64,000 nt of DNA from Pedosphaera sp. (lineage in GTDB: Bacteria > Verrucomicrobiota > Verrucomicrobiia > Limisphaerales > SIBH01): positions 35,459 to 99,458 of the forward strand of contig JANOQV010000242.1 in NCBI GenBank assembly GCA_031414955.1. The letters are read 5' to 3'. Positions 28,668 to 39,833 of this stretch are shown piece by piece. Position numbers and translations under genes: made by a program. The stretch's first letter is position 1; every line of letters starts with the position of its first letter. The notes under the pieces are model-generated. The model was given only the letters and a program-made list of their open reading frames with translations. It was not told where the DNA came from and did no database searches.

Positions 28668-30566
28668 ATGAACTTCGGCTCACCATCGTGGCTCTGGCTG
28701 CTCTGGCTGCTCCTGCCGCTGGCCGCGCTGCTCATCTGGAGCTGGCGCGTCCGCCAGCGTTTGCTCACCCGGTTCATCAGCCCGCGCTTGCTCGACACGT
28801 TGATGTCCGGCGTGTCGCGGGAACGGCAGAAGCTCCGCCTCCTCTTGTTCGCGCTCGCGGTGGGGGCGCTGATTTTTTCCCTGGCCCGGCCGCAGCTCGG
28901 GTTCTCACTTCAGGAATCCAAGCAGGCCGGCCTGGACATCGTGGTGGCGATCGACACCTCGAAAAGCATGCTGGCGGACGACGTGCAGCCGACCCGTCTG
29001 GCGCGGGCCAAGCTCGCCGCCCTCGACTTGTTGCGCCTGGCTCAGAGTGACCGGCTGGGGCTGGTGGCCTTTGCCGGCGGCGCCTTTCTCCAATGCCCGT
29101 TGTCGCTTGATGAAGAGGCGTACCGCCTGAGCGTGGACTTCCTCGATGTGAACGTGATTCCGCAGGGCGGCACCGCGCTGGCCGAGGCGATCCAAGCTGC
29201 CCGCGCGGCCTTCAAGGAGGACAACGACAATCACAAGATTTTGGTCCTCTTCACCGACGGCGAGGATAATGACGATACCGAGGCGGCGCTCGCCGCGGCG
29301 AAGGAGGGCCGCAAGATCGGGCTGCGCATCTTCACCATCGGAGTGGGCACGCCGGCGGGGGAATTGTTGAGCACGAAAGATCCTTACGGCAATCGCGTCT
29401 TCATCAAGGACACCCAGGGCAACGCCGTGAAGTCGCGCTTGAACGAAGCGTTGCTCCAGCAACTCGCGAAGGAGACGGACGGCTTCTATCTCCCGCTGAC
29501 TGGCGCGCGCACGATGGAGGTGTTGTATGAGCGTGGATTGGCGCCGCTGCCCAAGTCCGAATCGGCCACGCGCACCATCCGGCAGTATCACGAACGCTTT
29601 CAGTGGTTCCTCGGTCTCGCGATCCTGCTATTGTTGACGGAGATGTTTTTTCCAGAACGGACTCGAAGTCCAAAGTCCAAGGCCCAGGGTCCAAAGTCGG
29701 CGGCGGGCGCGGGCGTGGTCATGGTGCTGTTGCTCGGCGCGGTGAGCGCCTTCGGCGCGGCGGGGGACGCGCTCCAGGATTACGAGCGCGGGAAGTATTC
29801 GCGGGCGCGCGGCGAGTTCGAGCGACTGGCGCGCAAGTCGCCGGAGGATGCGCGGCTGCGTTACAACGCCGGGGCGGCGGCCTTCCAGGACGAGGATTAC
29901 GATTCAGCCCTGAAACATTTCAACCAGACCGTCACGGCTCGCGATTTGAAACTCCAGGAGCAGAGCTACTACAACCTCGGCAACACCCATTTCCGCATCG
30001 GAGAGAAATCGGAAGACGCCAAGGAGAAGCAGCAGCAATGGGAGCAGGCGCTTCACCAATACGACAATGCGCTGCGGCTCAATACCAACGACGTGGATGC
30101 GAAGTTCAACCTGGATCTCGTGAAGAAGCGGATCGAGGAGCTGAAGCAACAGCAGCAGAAGCAGGACAGCAAGGAGCAGAACAAGGACGACGAAAAGAAG
30201 GACGAGGAAAAGGACAAGCAGGACCAGCAAAAGAAGGATGACCAGAAAAAGGACGAGAAATCCGAGCAGCAAAAGTCCGAGGAGCAGAAGCAGGAAGAAC
30301 AGAAGAAGCAGGACCAGGCGAAGAAAGACGAGCAAGCCAAGAAGGAAGAGCAGGAGAAAAAGGACCCGCAGCAGGCCCAGGATCAGCGCGGCCAGGAATC
30401 AGAGAAGCCGGACCAGCAACCCAACTACGCCCGCGTGATGCAGATGACGCCCGAGCAGGCGCAGCAGTTGCTCGACGCTCAGAAGACCCAGGAGCGCGCC
30501 ATGATATTCCAGCCGCAGAATCTCCGCACCAACCGGCCGCGCGACAAGGTGTTCAAGGATTGGTAG
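28668..30566 (+). CDS. VWA + TPR protein (BatB-BatC fusion) with a Q/K/E/D-rich linker
   Basis: MIDAS DTSKSM, GGTALAEA, FTDGED, TPRs (YNAG.., YYNLGN), low-complexity region 30130-30420 and terminal KDW. Confidence 0.88.
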   Translation: MNFGSPSWLWLLWLLLPLAALLIWSWRVRQRLLTRFISPRLLDTLMSGVSRERQKLRLLLFALAVGALIFSLARPQLGFSLQESKQAGLDIVVAIDTSKSMLADDVQPTRLARAKLAALDLLRLAQSDRLGLVAFAGGAFLQCPLSLDEEAYRLSVDFLDVNVIPQGGTALAEAIQAARAAFKEDNDNHKILVLFTDGEDNDDTEAALAAAKEGRKIGLRIFTIGVGTPAGELLSTKDPYGNRVFIKDTQGNAVKSRLNEALLQQLAKETDGFYLPLTGARTMEVLYERGLAPLPKSESATRTIRQYHERFQWFLGLAILLLLTEMFFPERTRSPKSKAQGPKSAAGAGVVMVLLLGAVSAFGAAGDALQDYERGKYSRARGEFERLARKSPEDARLRYNAGAAAFQDEDYDSALKHFNQTVTARDLKLQEQSYYNLGNTHFRIGEKSEDAKEKQQQWEQALHQYDNALRLNTNDVDAKFNLDLVKKRIEELKQQQQKQDSKEQNKDDEKKDEEKDKQDQQKKDDQKKDEKSEQQKSEEQKQEEQKKQDQAKKDEQAKKEEQEKKDPQQAQDQRGQESEKPDQQPNYARVMQMTPEQAQQLLDAQKTQERAMIFQPQNLRTNRPRDKVFKDW

Positions 30567-30693
30567 CTGACCAGAGTCCAGGGCTGTCCCGCCCGCTCTC
30601 ACAGCCGGTTGGCTCATTCGAGAAAATCCTTGCTGCCCCGGAGTGTTCCGCCAACATTCGCCCCGAAACAAAACGCCAACTCCGGAGAATTTT

Positions 30694-31677
30694 ATGGGAC
30701 GCATCTACAACAACATCGTTGAAACCGTGGGCCGCACGCCGTTGGTCCGCCTGAACAAAGTCACTGCCGGTGTGGACGCCACAGTGTTGCTAAAGTGCGA
30801 GTTCTTTAACCCGCTCGGCAGCGTCAAAGACCGCATTGGCCTGGCCATGATCGAGGACGCCGAAAATCGCGGCGTGCTCACGAAGGACACCACCATCATC
30901 GAGCCGACCAGCGGCAACACCGGCATTGCGCTGGCTTTTGTCGCCGCGGCCAAGGGCTACAAGATCATCCTCACCATGCCGGAAACCCTGTCGCTGGAAC
31001 GCCGCACGCTGCTCGCCATGCTCGGGGCAAAACTGGTGCTCACTCCCGGCACCGAGGGCATGAAGGGTGCCATTGCCCGCGCCGAGGCGCTGGCCAAGGA
31101 GACACCGAATTCCTGGATTCCGCAGCAGTTTGAAAATCCCGCCAATCCGGAGATTCACAAGAAAACCACGGCCGAGGAAATCTGGGCCGACACCGATGGC
31201 AAGGTGGACATCTTCGTCGCCGCCGTCGGCACGGGCGGAACAATCACCGGTTGCGTGGAAGTCATCAAGGCGCGCAAGCCGTCGTTCACGGCTATTGCCG
31301 TCGAGCCGAAGGATTCTCCGTTCATCTCGCAGACGCTGGCCGGCCAGCCGGTCAAGCCCGGTCCGCACAAGATTCAAGGCACAGGCGCTGGCTTTGTGCC
31401 CAAGAATCTGCACCTCAAGGACAGCGACGGGAACCCGCAGATCGTCGAGTGTATCCAGGTCTCGAACGACGACGCCTTCGCCATGGCCCGCCGCCTGGCC
31501 AAGGAGGAAGGATTGCTCGTCGGTATCTCCACCGGCGCGAATGTCATCGCCGCCCTGGAAGTCGCGCGCCGTCCCGAGAACAAGGGCAAGATGATCGTGA
31601 CCGTGGCCTGCTCGACGGGTGAACGCTACTTGAGCACCGCGCTGGCGGCGGAGGCGAAGGCGGAAGTCGGCGGTTGA
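30694..31677 (+). CDS. cysK: Cysteine synthase A
   Basis: [16 protein letters not shown] (PLP lysine), [18 protein letters not shown] and GERYLST. Confidence 0.95.
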   Translation: MGRIYNNIVETVGRTPLVRLNKVTAGVDATVLLKCEFFNPLGSVKDRIGLAMIEDAENRGVLTKDTTIIEPTSGNTGIALAFVAAAKGYKIILTMPETLSLERRTLLAMLGAKLVLTPGTEGMKGAIARAEALAKETPNSWIPQQFENPANPEIHKKTTAEEIWADTDGKVDIFVAAVGTGGTITGCVEVIKARKPSFTAIAVEPKDSPFISQTLAGQPVKPGPHKIQGTGAGFVPKNLHLKDSDGNPQIVECIQVSNDDAFAMARRLAKEEGLLVGISTGANVIAALEVARRPENKGKMIVTVACSTGERYLSTALAAEAKAEVGG

Positions 31678-31768
31678 GGCTGAGGTCAGCGCCCGTTCCA
31701 AGGACCGGTCCCCGATCCAGCCGGCTGGGAGATCAGTTAAGCATTATTGTTAGGCATCATCACATGCC

Positions 31769-32122
31769 ATGAAGAGCTCCGTTCGATTCGGCATTGCGGC
31801 AGTGCTAATTACCGCCGGTTGCTTGCTTTTACTATGTGGGGTTTCTAGCGGCGGTGCGCTGCTTGGGTTGGCGCCAGTCTTCTTCATGCCACGCGCGGAG
31901 TTGACTCGATCTGCTCCCCGTAGCGAGCTTTGGCTGACGTTTGGAGTTTTGTTTGTTCTCCTCCTGCTGATAGTTGCCGCCAAGCATTTCATCCCGAGTT
32001 CTGCTGCCGATGCAATCCATCGAGTCATTCGTCATCCGGCGGTCGTCGTGCCACTCTGGCTGGTCATGCTTTGGGGGCTTTACCGAAATTGGCTGAGACA
32101 GAAACGAGAAGCTGATGTCTAA
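31769..32122 (+). CDS. Hypothetical membrane protein, carried as an integron-like gene cassette
   Basis: 117 aa with about 4 hydrophobic segments and lower GC than its neighbours. Flanked by GTTAGGC and GTCTAAC. Confidence 0.65.
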   Translation: MKSSVRFGIAAVLITAGCLLLLCGVSSGGALLGLAPVFFMPRAELTRSAPRSELWLTFGVLFVLLLLIVAAKHFIPSSAADAIHRVIRHPAVVVPLWLVMLWGLYRNWLRQKREADV

Positions 32123-32246
32123 CGGAATCTGCGATGCCGACGCCCGGTGTATTGCAGGTATTCGGATGCGTCCTTCACTTTCCGCGGACCCACCGCCGTC
32201 GCAAAGCCTGGCCGATTCATCGGGCTGACTTGGTCGGTCGTTGCGT
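32117..32246 (+). mobile_element. Degenerate integron attC site
   Basis: The RYYYAAC box GTCTAAC overlaps the stop codon. The 130-nt element ends GCTGACTTGGTCGGTCGTTGCGT, an imperfect GTTRRRY. Confidence 0.45.
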
Positions 32247-32510
32247 CTTTCATGGATATGAAGAGTGCAAGTTCTTGAGCATATGGGAACCCGTTGGGAA
32301 ACTTTGGCATGGCCATGAGTTCATTCAGGCAACCCGATTGCCCCTAAATTATTAGTTGCGCCCTCTGTCGCTTTGCCCTCTATTACGCGCGTTGAAGGTC
32401 TGGCCGGAAGCGCGGAGGATATAGTTCCTAGCGCATCGGTTTTCCAAAAGCTCCCAATTCAAATTGGTTCTGGGTTTCTTTGATCCTTCAACGGCACAAC
32501 ACACACACTT

Positions 32511-33701
32511 ATGAGTAACGCCCCACAAGGCAATGCCCAGCAGGGTCATCCCTCACCGGCCGGCGGCAACGGCAACGTCCAAGGCCAAGGCCAGGCTCCG
32601 CTTGAAACCGGTACCGGTTTTCTCGAAATCAACGAGAAGGGCTTCGGTTTCTTGCGCTCGTCTGACCACCATTTCTCCGCCAAACCCTCCGATGTCTTCG
32701 TGACCCCGGACACGATCAAGAGGAATTTTCTGCGCGAAGGTGCGTTGGTCGTGGGTCAGTTGAATCCGCCCCACCGCGGCAGCAATCCCCAGCTTAAGAC
32801 GGTCGAAAAGGTCAATGGGATGCTTTTCCAAGATTACACGAAGGCCGTCCGTTTCGAGAACTTGACCACCATCGACCCAATCGAGAAGTTCCGGCTGGAA
32901 ACCTCGCCTGACCTTCTCGAGACGCGCGTTATCGACATTGTGACCCCCATTGGCAAGGGCACGCGTGGCATCATCGTGGCCCCACCGCGCACGGGCAAAA
33001 CGACGATTCTCAAGCAAATCGCCAATGCCATCGTGGCGAATCATCCCGAAGTCCATGTCATCGTGCTGCTCATCGATGAGCGCCCCGAGGAAGTGACAGA
33101 TTTCCAGCGCTCGGTGAAAGCGGAGGTGGTCGCTTCCTCGAACGACCAGGAACTCGAAACGCACGTTCGCCTCTCCCGCTTCATGATTGAGCGCTGCCGC
33201 CGCGAAGTGGAGGCGGGCAAGGATGTTTTCGTGCTGCTTGATTCATTGACCCGTGTGGCTCGCGCTTACAACTCGGTGCATGGCGGCAGCGGTCGTACCA
33301 TGACCGGCGGCGTGGATGCTCGCGCCCTGGAAATCCCGCGCAAGATGTTCGCCTCCGCGCGCAAGATCGAGAATGGCGGCTCGCTGACCATCATCGCCAC
33401 CGCGCTCGTCGATACCGGGTCGCGTATGGATGAACTCATCTTCCAGGAGTTCAAGGGCACCGGGAACATGGAATTGATCCTCGACCGCAAGCTTTCCGAG
33501 CGCCGCATCTTCCCCTCCATCGACATCCCGAAGAGCGGCACCCGCAAAGAGGAGAAGCTCTACGCCCAGAAGAACATCGAATCGGTGCGCAAGCTCCGTC
33601 GTATGATGGTGGATTTGAACCCGGTTGAGGCGATGGAGACGCTTCTGGCCGCGCTCAAGAAGCACAAGACCAACGACGAACTCCTGGCCAAACTGGGCTG
33701 A
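32511..33701 (+). CDS. rho: Transcription termination factor Rho (short form)
   Basis: GFLEI..GFGFLR, PIGKGTRG, APPRTGKT, LLIDERPEEVTD, DSLTRVARAYN and EFKGTGNME. Confidence 0.95.
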   Translation: MSNAPQGNAQQGHPSPAGGNGNVQGQGQAPLETGTGFLEINEKGFGFLRSSDHHFSAKPSDVFVTPDTIKRNFLREGALVVGQLNPPHRGSNPQLKTVEKVNGMLFQDYTKAVRFENLTTIDPIEKFRLETSPDLLETRVIDIVTPIGKGTRGIIVAPPRTGKTTILKQIANAIVANHPEVHVIVLLIDERPEEVTDFQRSVKAEVVASSNDQELETHVRLSRFMIERCRREVEAGKDVFVLLDSLTRVARAYNSVHGGSGRTMTGGVDARALEIPRKMFASARKIENGGSLTIIATALVDTGSRMDELIFQEFKGTGNMELILDRKLSERRIFPSIDIPKSGTRKEEKLYAQKNIESVRKLRRMMVDLNPVEAMETLLAALKKHKTNDELLAKLG

Positions 33702-33710
33702 TCTGTTCGG

Positions 33711-35891
33711 TCAATTTCCCGCCGGAGGTGGCCCTGCCGCCTCCGGCGTTTTGTTTTCCGCCTTCGGCTGGCGCGTCACGATCGGTTTTCCCTTCTCATC
33801 GAACGGCGGGAACCAGCGCTGGCGATCCGCAGCCTCGCCCAGTTCCGTCTTGCGGCACCGGCGCACGAGCTGCTTGTAGGCGATGTCCGCCAGGTCGAGC
33901 GTGGGTGCGCCCTTGCCCAACTTGTAAAAGGCCATTGCGGTCTCGTCGGTGTTGCGCGGCAGCTTCATGACTTCTTCCAGCCTCAGTTCGAACTCCAGAA
34001 TCCTGGCCTCGGCCCGCAATCCTGGCGCGAACGCCCGGTAATGCCAGCGCTGGTCTGGTTGGGTTCCGTGGGCCTGGGCCCGCTCGATTTCATCCTGCGT
34101 CGCGCCCGCCACCGACGCGGCTGCGTTCGTGGCCCGATCCTGCCAGGTGGGGCCGGCCTCGAAGTTTCCGGCCCAGCAAGTGAAGTCTGGTTGAACCTCG
34201 GTGCCGATCATTTCCATGCCCCGGTGGCGGATCAGGTAGGCCGCGGCGTAATGGTTCGTGATGCGTTGTTCACGCGGCGTACTGGCGTTCAATGCGGCGG
34301 TCACATACTGGATGAACTGGTCATACTCGGCGAGTTGCTCGGGCGGGAAGTAGTGGCGCGCCTCGGCCCCGCGCGCGTCACGGGCCAGCCGGCGGGCCAG
34401 GACGTAGCGGATCTGCCGGGATTGCACACTGGGCTTCAGATCCCCGGGCAGTTCTTTGTCTTCCTCGGTGTCCTTCATCACCTCTGGCCAGTGGCTGTCC
34501 ACGTAGTTTTTGAATTCATCCGTCGTGAGCACGCGCTCGGCGACATAAGCCGCATCGACCCAGAAGCCGGCGCGCAAGAGCGCGTCAAGCGCCTGCGCGT
34601 ATTCGCGCCGATGCAGATGCAGCACGCCCAGTTCACCCCGCAACTGGCGGCCCGTGGGCAGGACTGATTCATCCCGGGCGATGAGCAGGCTCTCGAACAG
34701 CCGGTGGCCGGGCGCATTGGTCGGCTCGACCAGCGGAAAGACCCGCGTCAGTTGGCCGAGAATGGTGGCGGCCTGCTTCACCCTGCCATCGCGCAGGCAC
34801 AGCTTGGCCTGAATCCATTGCGAGACGGGCGCGTTGGTCGAGCGGTTGACCCATCGTTGCGCGAATTCAAAATTGCCGAGTTGATACTGGAGCAGGGCCA
34901 GTTGCTCGGCGGCGTCCACGTCGGTGAGTCCGGCGTGCTCGATCGCTTCGAGGAGCGCCGATGTGCCCTTGGATGTATCGGCCAGGGAGAATCGAGCCGA
35001 GCCCGAGGAGATCAGGTCCGCCATGAAGACCGTGCGGCAGCGTGGATTCGCCACCAGCATCTCCAGATTCTCGGGCGCTTTCTCCAGCGCCATGAACACA
35101 ACCGTGCGCAGCGATTGGTAAGCCGTCTCGTCTCCCAGCGCGAGTTGCTGCAAGTAGAGTTCCATGGCGCGCTCGTGCTCGCCGGCGTGCAGGCAGACGC
35201 GCGCCTCCCACCCGATGCTCGCCGCCGCCAGTCCGAGTGAATCCGGGAAACCGCTTTTCGCCAGGGTGCGGACCAGCGAGTAGTTCGCCCTCGCCTTGGC
35301 GGCGTCTTCATGCTCCCAACTCTTGGCGAGCATGAAGGCCGCCCAGGTGGACTTGAACTGGCGTTCGGCGGCCGGGCGCGCCAGCAGCGCATCCCAATGT
35401 GTCCGGGCCATGTTCGTGTGGCCCCGGTGCCAGGCCAGGGCTCCGCGAAAATAATCCGCGAACTCCGCGGGCAAACCCGCTGGCATCCGCACGTCGGGGA
35501 ATGCCGGGGCTGGATTCCTCGGCTCCCCATCGGAGTCGCAGGGACAGTTCTCCCCCGCCGTGCGCGCCTCGCCGAAGTTCAGGAGTTTTTGCCGGGCCTC
35601 GGCGTAAGCCTCGACCAGTGGCTCCACGGCTGGCTCCTCGTCGGCCCGCCGCTTCAATGCCGCACGCAAGTCCGCCAGGTCCGCCCGCCGCGTGGCTTCC
35701 GCCGAACTGTTCGTCGGGCTGACATAGGGGAACGGCGGGGCGGTGATTTTCAACCGGGCCAGCGCGCGATCCATCTCGCGATGGAACCAGACGCCCGGCG
35801 CCGTGAGCACCGGCCCGTCGCCGCCCACCAGCATCATGTTGGGGAAGTATGGCCCGCACGCGACGGAGACCGTCGCCGCCAGAACCGTCAT
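33711..35891 (-). CDS. Secreted helical/TPR-like hypothetical protein, partner of DUF3142
   Basis: Hydrophobic leader ending VA-CGPYFP, helical repeats, DAAYVAERVLT and RWHYR motifs. The start may be up to ~70 nt further upstream. Confidence 0.7.
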   Translation of the reverse strand: MTVLAATVSVACGPYFPNMMLVGGDGPVLTAPGVWFHREMDRALARLKITAPPFPYVSPTNSSAEATRRADLADLRAALKRRADEEPAVEPLVEAYAEARQKLLNFGEARTAGENCPCDSDGEPRNPAPAFPDVRMPAGLPAEFADYFRGALAWHRGHTNMARTHWDALLARPAAERQFKSTWAAFMLAKSWEHEDAAKARANYSLVRTLAKSGFPDSLGLAAASIGWEARVCLHAGEHERAMELYLQQLALGDETAYQSLRTVVFMALEKAPENLEMLVANPRCRTVFMADLISSGSARFSLADTSKGTSALLEAIEHAGLTDVDAAEQLALLQYQLGNFEFAQRWVNRSTNAPVSQWIQAKLCLRDGRVKQAATILGQLTRVFPLVEPTNAPGHRLFESLLIARDESVLPTGRQLRGELGVLHLHRREYAQALDALLRAGFWVDAAYVAERVLTTDEFKNYVDSHWPEVMKDTEEDKELPGDLKPSVQSRQIRYVLARRLARDARGAEARHYFPPEQLAEYDQFIQYVTAALNASTPREQRITNHYAAAYLIRHRGMEMIGTEVQPDFTCWAGNFEAGPTWQDRATNAAASVAGATQDEIERAQAHGTQPDQRWHYRAFAPGLRAEARILEFELRLEEVMKLPRNTDETAMAFYKLGKGAPTLDLADIAYKQLVRRCRKTELGEAADRQRWFPPFDEKGKPIVTRQPKAENKTPEAAGPPPAGN

Positions 35892-35946
35892 GATCACGAC
35901 TGCCGCGCGCCGCGCCGTTCCGCGCTTCGCATTCCGCCCTCCGCAT

Positions 35947-37170
35947 TTATTTTTCCACTGCAAGTTCCACCTCAGCTTTCCTGTTGGTGCGAAGCCAGCC
36001 GATCTTCCGTTGTTCCCCCGCGCGCAGGACCAACTCCCGTGCTTGGAACAGAACATCGCCGTTCGCGTGTTTGCTGAAGTCGAAACCACCCAGCGAGTCG
36101 CCCGCCACCACGCGCGCCGATCGCACGCGGACGCGGACGTAAAATTCGTTTTGGAAATCCGCCGTCCCGTCGTTGTGCAGAATCACTTCCACCAACTCCG
36201 GTTCGGGAGAGCGGCTTTCGACCTTCAGGTCGGCTTGAGGAACTCGACCCGCAATGACTACGCCGAGCGTGGCGGAACGCCAGTTCAAAGTGTCCTGACT
36301 TATTGACAATCTGTACCAAATCACCCCGCGCAGGCTCGGCGGGTGGTTTGTGTTCCAATAGCCAACCAGCCTCGCCATCTCGCCCGCGTCCGTCCGCACC
36401 TCGCGAATGCGCGTGCCGCGCGGCCACTCGATACTCGGCCCGTCCGCCGCCAGCCCGATAAATTTGTCGCTCGCGTCGAACGCCACGTAATAGCCGTAGG
36501 TCGGCAGGGCTACACGAAAAGGCACGGGGATTTTTGCGGCTTGCTCCACATAGCTTCGCGCCGCTTTTGGATCGCAAAGTGTGAACGGCGCGTTGAATCC
36601 CTTGGGCCGGTCCAGCGAATGCACCTGGAGAATGTAGCCGTCGCTGGCGGCGGCGAGCTTTGCGAAGGCCGGTTGCTTCAGCCAACTCGGCAAGGCCGTG
36701 ACGATCAATGGCACGGGCGCAATCTGCCGGCGGATCGTCTCCACCCAAACCCGGTAACCCTCGAGCTTCGCCGCCGCGCAATCGAAGTCGAGTTGCAGTT
36801 CGGCCAGGCGCACCTCATTCGTCGTGGCTTCGGTGACGAGCGATTTCGCCAGCCTGGTCAGTGCGACCGCCACCACGTCGTTGCTCCGGAACGGTCCAGC
36901 CGACGGTCCAATGCGCAAGGCCAGCCCGACTGGACGCCTGGCCGCGCGAAGTGAATCGTAGTTCACCATCACGCGCGTCACCTGCGGTTGCCGGTCTCTC
37001 CATGTCACCTCCGCTCCGAGCACAACGATGGACTGGAAGTTCGTTGCGTGCTGGGTCACAGCCTCGCGCACCGATTCATTCCAGGCCCGCTGCCAGACGT
37101 AGACATCGTGGGGCAGGGGTGCCGCGGCGGCGATTCCACAGAGCAGGACAAAAAGAAAACAGCGGAGCAT
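35947..37170 (-). CDS. DUF3142 domain protein
   Basis: Signal peptide, [34 protein letters not shown] and IWYRL. Confidence 0.85.
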   Translation of the reverse strand: MLRCFLFVLLCGIAAAAPLPHDVYVWQRAWNESVREAVTQHATNFQSIVVLGAEVTWRDRQPQVTRVMVNYDSLRAARRPVGLALRIGPSAGPFRSNDVVAVALTRLAKSLVTEATTNEVRLAELQLDFDCAAAKLEGYRVWVETIRRQIAPVPLIVTALPSWLKQPAFAKLAAASDGYILQVHSLDRPKGFNAPFTLCDPKAARSYVEQAAKIPVPFRVALPTYGYYVAFDASDKFIGLAADGPSIEWPRGTRIREVRTDAGEMARLVGYWNTNHPPSLRGVIWYRLSISQDTLNWRSATLGVVIAGRVPQADLKVESRSPEPELVEVILHNDGTADFQNEFYVRVRVRSARVVAGDSLGGFDFSKHANGDVLFQARELVLRAGEQRKIGWLRTNRKAEVELAVEK

Positions 37171-37221
37171 CAGTGGCCGGATGCTCCGCTGTTGTGAAGA
37201 CGTGTCGAGAACGAAACTGGT

Positions 37222-38706
<1,485 letters not shown>

Positions 38707-38757
38707 AACTAATTTCGTGTGCTGATTGTGAGCGAATGAAATGAAGGCGAGAAGGTG

Positions 38758-38954
38758 CCTCGCGTAGCGAGGCTGTGAAGGTAGCCGTGGGCTTTAGCCC
38801 ACGGTTCCGTGCCAGAAAAATTGTTCGTCGCGTAGCGACGATTGATGGGCGTAGTGATGGCGCGGTGTTCAGGCGTCGCTACGCGACGCGGGGCGCGTGG
38901 GTTCGCATCCGTGGGCTGAAGCCCACGGCTACCGTCGGGCCGTCGCTCTGCGAC
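38758..38954. repeat. REP/REPIN-like palindromic element (GTAGCCGTGGG..CCCACGG and CGTCGCGTAGCGACG units)
   Basis: Nested inverted repeats with GTAG/CTAC ends. Confidence 0.85.
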
Positions 38955-38981
38955 TTCGGATGATACTCCGCGCGCGCCCGT

Positions 38982-39198
38982 CGAACCCCAACGGGGTTCC
39001 ATCCTCCAGCCCAGGGTTGCGAGGGACGAGCTACCCTGGGTCATGAACGCAAAATCAGTTTCAACCCTGAAGGGGTTGCATCGGTCCGGCGCGATTGGAT
39101 TCAACCCCTTCAGGGTTGAGGAAAACAGGATCGGCTGACCCAGGGTAGCCTCGCGGACTCGGCAACCCTGGGCTGAGTGATGCAACGCCGTTGGCGTT
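38982..39198. repeat. ~215-bp palindromic element, copy 1 (AGCCCAGGGTTG / AACCCTGAAGGGGTT family)
   Basis: Multi-hairpin, overall inverted-repeat structure. A second copy in the same orientation is at 44799-45012. Confidence 0.9.
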
Positions 39199-39200
39199 GG

Positions 39201-39357
39201 GGGTGGCACAGGCAACCTGCCTGTGCCGTCCGGCGACCCGCCGAACGGAACGGGGAAGGCGCACGGAATTTTCGAGACGGCGTGGCGAGTTCGGGAGCGC
39301 GCCGCCGTGGCGCCGGGCAGGTTGCCCGGCGCGACAGGCCGGTGGCCTGTGCTACCC
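39201..39357. repeat. REP/REPIN-like palindromic element (GGGTGGCACAGG ... CCTGTGCTACCC)
   Basis: Terminal inverted repeats with GT(A/G)G ends and internal hairpins. Confidence 0.8.
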
Positions 39358-39424
39358 GAGGCGGGCTGAAACCCGCGCGCCGGGGCGCGGCGTTCACGCC
39401 TTGATGCGTGGTGTAATGGAATGC

Positions 39425-39829
39425 TCATGCTCGCCTTACCGGTCGCATGTAAATCACCAGACTGATTCCGTGGCGGCCAAACCTTTGAGAACGAGCTTCG
39501 TGTTCCGCGATAATACGATGGTTTGTGGACGGCGGGTGGTCAGTGTGATCGACTGCGTAGTCGCCGACATACTCCCAAAAATTCGGGCGGAGCTTGATGA
39601 ACATTGGGATCGGGTCTTGTTGTGGTTCGCAAAGCCGTTCGGCAGCTTGCTTAACTCTCGATCCCTTGCCAGCCAAAATAATTTCGGGAGCGTCAGGATT
39701 GTGCTTGGACCGCCGGAGACAAGCGCACACGACCCGGCCACCGACGCTGGGTAAGTACTCAACTTGACTGCCACCAAGTTCACGGGCGATCACCAAGCGG
39801 CTGTAAGTTTCATGGAGACGGAATGGCAT
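39425..39829 (-). CDS. Hypothetical protein, possibly SRA/PUA-like nucleic-acid-binding domain
   Basis: 134 aa. The pattern YSR..I...LGG, NPDAP..IL and IPMFIK....WEYVGDY recalls domains fused to HNH nucleases. Confidence 0.5.
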   Translation of the reverse strand: MPFRLHETYSRLVIARELGGSQVEYLPSVGGRVVCACLRRSKHNPDAPEIILAGKGSRVKQAAERLCEPQQDPIPMFIKLRPNFWEYVGDYAVDHTDHPPSTNHRIIAEHEARSQRFGRHGISLVIYMRPVRRA

Positions 39830-39833
39830 ACCC

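Noticed and set aside
30130..30420. Purine-rich repetitive tract
   Set aside because: It encodes the ordinary Q/K/E/D low-complexity linker typical of BatB/BatC proteins.
38758..39400. Possible CRISPR array
   Set aside because: The repeats are inverted and heterogeneous, not identical direct repeats with unique spacers. No cas genes are present.
38709..39428. 239-aa ORF and other small ORFs over the repeat cluster (also 26693-26956, 44775-45090, 50223-50470)
   Set aside because: They are translations of palindromic repeats with no protein-like features.
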